DNA of 21,855 bases from Microcoleaceae cyanobacterium (GTDB taxonomy: Bacteria; Cyanobacteriota; Cyanobacteriia; Cyanobacteriales; Microcoleaceae): the NCBI GenBank assembly GCA_051652765.1, contig JBOFUV010000038.1:1-21855 (forward strand), given 5' to 3'. Of the stretch, positions 18,341 through 21,855 are shown one piece after another. The notes under the pieces were generated by a model, which did no database searches, was not told where the DNA came from, and saw only the letters and a list, made by a program, of their open reading frames with translations. Each line of letters begins with the position of its first letter. Position 1 is the first letter of the stretch. The position numbers were made by a program, and so were the translations under genes.

Positions 18341-18691
18341 ATGAAGTTCATGGCAAATGTACGGTTGTTTTTGCACCCAGTTCGGTTCTTATTCACTGCT
18401 CTGATCTGCACAATGCTAGTTCTGAGCAGCGCTGTTCCAGCGCAAGCGGCAATGGCTCAAAATAGCAAACCGACTGATGGCACTACGCAACTGAATAAGA
18501 TCACAGAAAAGGCTGAAGATTTAGCCAATTCCTCTCCACTGTCCCTAGAAGACGTTGAAAGACGTACAAATGGGGGTATCAATGAAGTACAAGGTGCTGC
18601 TGATAAGACCAAGATGAAAAAATCGAATGATTCTCAGCCTGCCATTATCAAAGAAGTAGAGCAAGCTGCGGACAAAACCAGCAAGAAATAG
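18341..18691 (+). CDS. Cyanobacterial 'low temperature-induced protein' family, exported
   Basis: AAGGAG RBS and signal peptide (AQA). Motifs PTDGTTQL and GGINEVQGAADKTKM, and a position next to dps, fit this family as I recall it. Confidence 0.75.
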   Translation: MKFMANVRLFLHPVRFLFTALICTMLVLSSAVPAQAAMAQNSKPTDGTTQLNKITEKAEDLANSSPLSLEDVERRTNGGINEVQGAADKTKMKKSNDSQPAIIKEVEQAADKTSKK

Positions 18692-18770
18692 GACATTAAC
18701 TGATAGTTAATTCTGGTTGTTAATTCCTTCGTTAGCATGGTTATACAGCAATCAGTAATGACACACAAAA

Positions 18771-18802
18771 TGTTTGTGGTGTAGGTTGTTTGTGGTGTAG
18801 GC
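18771..18802. repeat. 16-bp direct tandem duplication
   Basis: TGTTTGTGGTGTAGGT / TGTTTGTGGTGTAGGC. Confidence 0.9.
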
Positions 18803-18887
18803 TTCTGGCCTGCGCGGGTAAGATGTTTACTCCACATTCATATTGCAAATCAGATTGCGATCGCAGGGTTGTCTCAGGATGACTCTG

Positions 18888-18929
18888 TTTTTTCACAACT
18901 TGTTTTTCACAACTTATTTTTCATGACTG
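18888..18929. repeat. Three-copy 14-bp tandem repeat upstream of dps
   Basis: TTTTTTCACAACTT / GTTTTTCACAACTT / ATTTTTCATGACTG. Confidence 0.85.
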
Positions 18930-19062
18930 GTTGATGAACGCGACAGAAATCTACTCTTGGAGAGAGATCTGAGTTCTAACATCCCCATGCTTTGGGCAGA
19001 TGTCTCTAACGAATATTTTTGGTCAACTAGTGATGCACGTGTAAATGATGGAGAACAAGATA

Positions 19063-19605
19063 ATGAGCCGTAACATCAATATTGGTTTAACTGATCAGCA
19101 ACGACAGGGTGTAATTGACTTGCTAAACCATGACCTAGCAGATGCCTATTTGGTACTCGTCAAGACGAAGAAGTATCACTGGGATGTCATCGGCCCCCAA
19201 TTTCGCACCCTTCATCAGCTTTGGGAAGAGCAGTATGAAGCCTTGACTCAAAGTATCGATGCCTGTGCAGAACGAGTTCGGACATTGGGTGGTTATCCCG
19301 TTGGCACCATGGAAGGTTTTCTGAAACTAACCTCTCTCAAGGAGCAAGCAGGTATTGTTCCTTCAACAACAGAAATGGTGGCACGTTTAGTTGATGATCA
19401 CGAACAAATTATTCGCAACCTCCGCCTACATGTTGATACCTGTAGTGAAGAGTTCCATGATGCGGGAACCGCTGATTTCTTGACTGGTTTAATGGAGAAG
19501 CATGAACAGATTGCTTGGATGCTGCGCTCATTTATTGAAGGTGAATCAGTTGCTTCAGACGGTGCTCAACCGGTTCTGAGTAAAACTTCTAAAGTTGGCG
19601 TATAG
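19063..19605 (+). CDS. dps: Dps family DNA-protection / mini-ferritin protein
   Basis: Motifs HWDVIGPQFRTLHQLWEEQY, DACAERVRTLGG, DAGTADFL and HEQIAWML. ATG 19063 follows GGAG. Upstream ATGs at 19045 and 19048 are alternatives. Confidence 0.97.
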   Translation: MSRNINIGLTDQQRQGVIDLLNHDLADAYLVLVKTKKYHWDVIGPQFRTLHQLWEEQYEALTQSIDACAERVRTLGGYPVGTMEGFLKLTSLKEQAGIVPSTTEMVARLVDDHEQIIRNLRLHVDTCSEEFHDAGTADFLTGLMEKHEQIAWMLRSFIEGESVASDGAQPVLSKTSKVGV

Positions 19606-19740
19606 GACTGAGGATCATCTATAACTCCTCCAATAGATAGACCGGATAATGAATCATTCGGTAGATGAGCTAGCAAGGCTATCTTGATACATTAATAGTG
19701 TCCCTAACAACTCATAAAGGGATTTAAACAGGAGAAAATC

Positions 19741-19944
19741 ATGAGCACTGAAGATCGAATCAAAGCAACCGCTAAGAATGTTGAAGGCAAAATCCAAGCA
19801 GCTGCTGGTGAAATTACAGGAGACCCTCAACAAGAGGCTGAAGGTAAAGCCAAGCAGGGCGAAGCAAAAGTTCAGCATATGACTGAAGATGCTAAGGATG
19901 AAGTCAAAAAAGCTAAGGATGAAGTCAAAAAAGCAGTTGATTAG
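19741..19944 (+). CDS. csbD: CsbD family general stress protein
   Basis: DRIKATAKNVEGKIQAAAGEITGD...AEGKAKQ with an AGGAG RBS. Contains an exact 21-bp duplication at 19891-19932. Confidence 0.94.
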   Translation: MSTEDRIKATAKNVEGKIQAAAGEITGDPQQEAEGKAKQGEAKVQHMTEDAKDEVKKAKDEVKKAVD

Positions 19945-20044
19945 TACTGAATAAGTATTATTCAACTGTCCGAAATGGGTGCTTTATTACAGACGCTTTA
20001 CTAATTGTGCCCGATCGCTAATTTAGTCATCCATGTTTATCATC

Positions 20045-20075
20045 ATCTGGTTTGTTCATTCAGACCAGATTTTTT
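20045..20075 (+). terminator. Intrinsic terminator after csbD
   Basis: ATCTGGTTTG [TTCATT] CAGACCAGAT forms a 10-bp stem with one G-U pair, followed by TTTTT. Confidence 0.75.
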
Positions 20076-20328
20076 ATTGGTTTAAGGGGTTGAAAACAAA
20101 GTTTCCAAGCAGGGTGAACAGAACCTTTCAGGCAAAGCATTACTAATTATCATAACTAATTGTCATATCAACCAGCTTGCCTGTTTAATGGCGCAGGAAA
20201 CTAGAATCTAAAACTACCTCTTAAGAAGTATTAATCATTCTATTCCTTACAACTATTGAGAGACTGTTCTTTCAATGTCTTGCTGATACTATTAGTTCAG
20301 TAAACAATAAATAAATTGCGAGGAGATT

Positions 20329-20502
20329 ATGCCAAGGCTCGTAGGAAGTAAATCCAACAAAAATTTGTATATTGGACTAGCTGTACTTGCAGCAGTCTCA
20401 GGATTGTTTGGTTTGGAATATTTGGGAGTCATTGATATGGTTCCTGGCTTTGGTAGAGAGCCTATTTTGACGAACCAACAAGAATTAGACGTACCCAACT
20501 AG
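20329..20502 (+). CDS. 57-aa single-TM small protein (absent from the ORF track)
   Basis: AGGAG RBS at 20321, ATG 20329 and TAG 20500-20502. Sequence MPRLVGSKSNKNLYIGLAVLAAVSGLFGLEYLGVIDMVPGFGREPILTNQQELDVPN. Co-oriented with the stress cluster. Confidence 0.8.
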   Translation: MPRLVGSKSNKNLYIGLAVLAAVSGLFGLEYLGVIDMVPGFGREPILTNQQELDVPN

Positions 20503-20551
20503 TTAATTCTAATTAGTTAATTAAAGTTATTAAAATTCGGAGGATTACATC

Positions 20552-21855
20552 ATGCGGAAAGGACAAGATATCATCGGAAAACCAGTCGTCGCCTACGATT
20601 CCGGTGAGAAATTAGAAACAATTTCAGACCTGATTTTTGATCAAGGTAGTAATCAACTCCTCGGTTTTCTAGTCGATGAAGGTGGCTGGTTTAGTGATGC
20701 CAAGGTGCTGCCTATCGGTCAGGTAAAAGCGATCGGTCTCGACGCAGTGATTGTTGCTTCTAAAGAGGCGATCACGACTGCCAACAACATTCCCGCTATT
20801 AAGCAGGTTTTAGAACGCAACAATATCCTCAAAGGGACTCGAATCATGACCTTAGATGGTCGTGATTTGGGAAACATGATTGACCTCTATTTTGATGCTC
20901 AGACCGGATCAGTTGAGGGATATGAGGTATCTGGGGGTCTGTTTGCTGATGCCTATTCTGGGCGTTCTTTTGTACCCGCTCCAGATACGCTAAAAATTGG
21001 TGAGGATGTGGCCTTTGTTCCTTCCGAAACAGCCGATCTGATGGAAGAACAAGTGGGTGGACTGAAGGCTGCCATGCAAGTTGCTGGGGAAAAACTGCAG
21101 GAAACGGCTCAAGTTGCTGGGGAAAAACTGCAGGAAACTAGTCGTAGCGCAACCACCGCACTGACTAATACAATGGTTGCCCCTGCCGAGCAGAAAGCCT
21201 TTGTACTAGGCAAAGTAGCTCAGCACACCGTTAATACTCCTGAGGGAGGAATCTTGATTACCGAGGGTGAAGTCGTCACTTCCACAATCGTTGAGAGTGC
21301 CGAGAATTCCCAGATCCTAGGTGAACTTTACCGGGTAACGGGTGGTAGCGTTACCGATAAACTGGGTGAGCGGGTCGGTAATGCCGTTGCTGGCTTAACT
21401 GTAGAGCAAACTCAAGGACGACGAGTGCAACGAATCGTGCATACCTCGGAAGGCTACGTGATCGCTGCTACAGGACAGATTGTCACTTCCGATGTGATTG
21501 AACGGGCAAAACATCATCATCAGGAGCAGGCTCTACTAGATGCAGTCGGGCTGTCTAACAAAGAAGCCGCTCAGTCCCAAACAGAAACATTGGCTTCTAG
21601 TACTGGTGAATACGTAAAACAGGGTACGAAGAATTTGTGGAAACAAGTCAAAGAAACGGCGAGCGATTTGCAAGGACGGAGTACTCAGGCAATCGACGAG
21701 CAACGGATCAAAGGTGCATTGGGACATCCTGTGACTCGTGTCATTCTTGATAGCAATGATGGCGTGATCCTGAATGTGGGCGACCTGATCACGCACCAAG
21801 CGATTGAAATGGCTCGCCAAGCAGAGGTATTGGGTATCTTGCTCGACTCGGTATA
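20552..21855 (+). CDS. PRC-barrel domain protein (3'-truncated by the window end)
   Basis: GGAGG RBS and ATG 20552, with the frame open to the window end (434 codons). Two PRC-barrel units (IIGKPVVAYDSGEKLETISDLIFD...; LKGTRIMTLDGRDLGNMIDLYFD...) are followed by the 11-aa repeat QVAGEKLQET and repeated G-x-x-V/I-T modules. Confidence 0.9.
   Translation, partial: MRKGQDIIGKPVVAYDSGEKLETISDLIFDQGSNQLLGFLVDEGGWFSDAKVLPIGQVKAIGLDAVIVASKEAITTANNIPAIKQVLERNNILKGTRIMTLDGRDLGNMIDLYFDAQTGSVEGYEVSGGLFADAYSGRSFVPAPDTLKIGEDVAFVPSETADLMEEQVGGLKAAMQVAGEKLQETAQVAGEKLQETSRSATTALTNTMVAPAEQKAFVLGKVAQHTVNTPEGGILITEGEVVTSTIVESAENSQILGELYRVTGGSVTDKLGERVGNAVAGLTVEQTQGRRVQRIVHTSEGYVIAATGQIVTSDVIERAKHHHQEQALLDAVGLSNKEAAQSQTETLASSTGEYVKQGTKNLWKQVKETASDLQGRSTQAIDEQRIKGALGHPVTRVILDSNDGVILNVGDLITHQAIEMARQAEVLGILLDSV

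Larger units (their letters stand above)
473..18864. repeat. Dispersed HIP1 octamers (GCGATCGC)
   Basis: Perfect copies start at 473, 3113, 6764, 7589, 12178, 13897, 14424, 14598, 15501, 15723, 17909, 18292 and 18857. Confidence 0.9.

Noticed and set aside
19948..19964. Inverted repeat TGAATAA-GTA-TTATTCA as the csbD terminator
   Set aside because: The stem is AT-rich with no U-tract, and a better terminator lies at 20045-20075. An operator role cannot be supported from one copy.
18058..21820. Minus-strand ORFs 18058-18261, 18125-18316, 18634-18837, 19654-19965, 20292-20498 and 21536-21820
   Set aside because: They are antisense to, or overlap, better-supported plus-strand genes that have RBSs and family motifs.

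Overview
Cyanobacterial chromosomal window, judged by 13 perfect HIP1 GCGATCGC octamers, a cyanobacterial-type Omp85, and Pilin_GH and Uma2 genes. The gene order is purC, bamA/omp85, a ligase-associated Lhr-type DEXH helicase (-), a CocE/NonD hydrolase, YkvA/DUF1232 (-), YbjQ, a hypothetical protein, a Pilin_GH-domain lipoprotein (-), an orphan HAMP histidine kinase (-), an SH3b protein, a Uma2 endonuclease, a GNAT acetyltransferase and a Cu(I) P1B-ATPase (-) with a MerR-type promoter. A co-oriented stress/desiccation cluster follows: a CsbD/LEA-like protein, a low-temperature-induced protein, dps, csbD, a 57-aa membrane protein and a PRC-barrel protein running off the end. The last two are absent from the ORF track. 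No rRNA, tRNA, CRISPR array or transposase was seen. Three unexplained patterns stand out: (1) a recurring 16-bp pseudo-palindrome TCT-N2-C-N4-G-N2-AGA upstream of the stress genes; (2) many short tandem duplications, mostly 13-14 bp between genes and 15 bp (or other multiples of 3) inside genes; (3) Uma2/GNAT accessory genes bounded by HIP1 sites. All family calls come from recognising motifs by eye, not from database searches.
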